DNA of 48,712 nucleotides from Chlamydiota bacterium (GTDB lineage Bacteria; Chlamydiota; Chlamydiia; Chlamydiales; Rhabdochlamydiaceae): NCBI GenBank assembly GCA_040389325.1, contig JAZKAC010000014.1, positions 1 to 48,712 of the forward strand, read 5' to 3'. Shown piece by piece: positions 48,569 to 48,712 of this stretch (position 1 is its first letter; each line of letters starts with the position of its first letter). The notes under the pieces were generated by a model. It saw only the letters and a program-made list of their open reading frames with translations, ran no database searches and was not told where the DNA came from. The position numbers and the translations under genes were made by a program.

Positions 48569-48712
48569 GAGTCGTTGTATCTATTTTATTTTTTAGCGAA
48601 AACAAAATTTTTATACCAACGACTCTATTTTTTTATACTACTATCTTCTTTCCTTTGAATTTTTTAATTGTTTTGATGATTTTTCAGTGATCACACGTGA
48701 CCGAAACTTTTC

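Noticed and set aside
46866-48712. Terminal inverted repeats of the transposase-bearing element (left CCTTTGCGGTCAAC vs right GTGACCGAAAC near the window end)
   Set aside because: The match is only about 9 nt with a gap, which is compatible with chance. The right end of the element may lie beyond the window, so I call no IS boundaries.
1-48712. CRISPR arrays, rRNA genes, tmRNA, RNase P, SRP RNA, and riboswitch or T-box leaders upstream of glyQS and serS
   Set aside because: I looked for regularly spaced direct repeats and for the conserved cores of these RNAs and found none. The leaders of glyQS and serS are too short for T-box elements.

Overview
AT-rich bacterial window with about 35 protein genes and one tRNA. 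No rRNA or CRISPR array was seen. The core gene content looks Chlamydiae-like, probably an environmental or amoeba-associated lineage. Evidence for that: a fused alpha-beta glycyl-tRNA synthetase (glyQS), an hrcA-grpE-dnaK operon whose DnaK N-terminus is very close to chlamydial DnaK as I remember it, and several small proteins with Inc-like or tail-anchored hydrophobic domains. This assignment is inference, not a database result. Positions 1-39660 are mostly housekeeping: rlmN, glyQS, M19 dipeptidase, MFS transporter, tRNA-His, uppP, ftsK, serS, M18 and M3 peptidases, a VIT1-like gene coupled to a P1B-type ATPase, a fused 2-oxoacid dehydrogenase E1, a large NAD-GDH, and hrcA-grpE-dnaK. Lineage-specific hypothetical genes are interspersed. 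The strongest candidate for something new starts right after the dnaK terminator (39661 to the window end). It is an accessory island bracketed by decayed IS genes. The island carries a 1850-aa Sec-signal RHS/YD-repeat polymorphic toxin with a 277-aa C-terminal tip that reads as a Ser-Asp-His alpha/beta-hydrolase (lipase-like). Two tandem lipoprotein genes follow, which I take to be immunity genes: the first is translationally coupled to the toxin and the second is decayed. The second candidate is a 1147-aa protein (6128-9571, minus strand). It combines a PPDK/PEP-synthase-type ATP-grasp domain and a phosphohistidine swivel domain with about 640 aa of unrecognisable C-terminal sequence. All domain calls come from reading motifs by eye. 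No searches were run.
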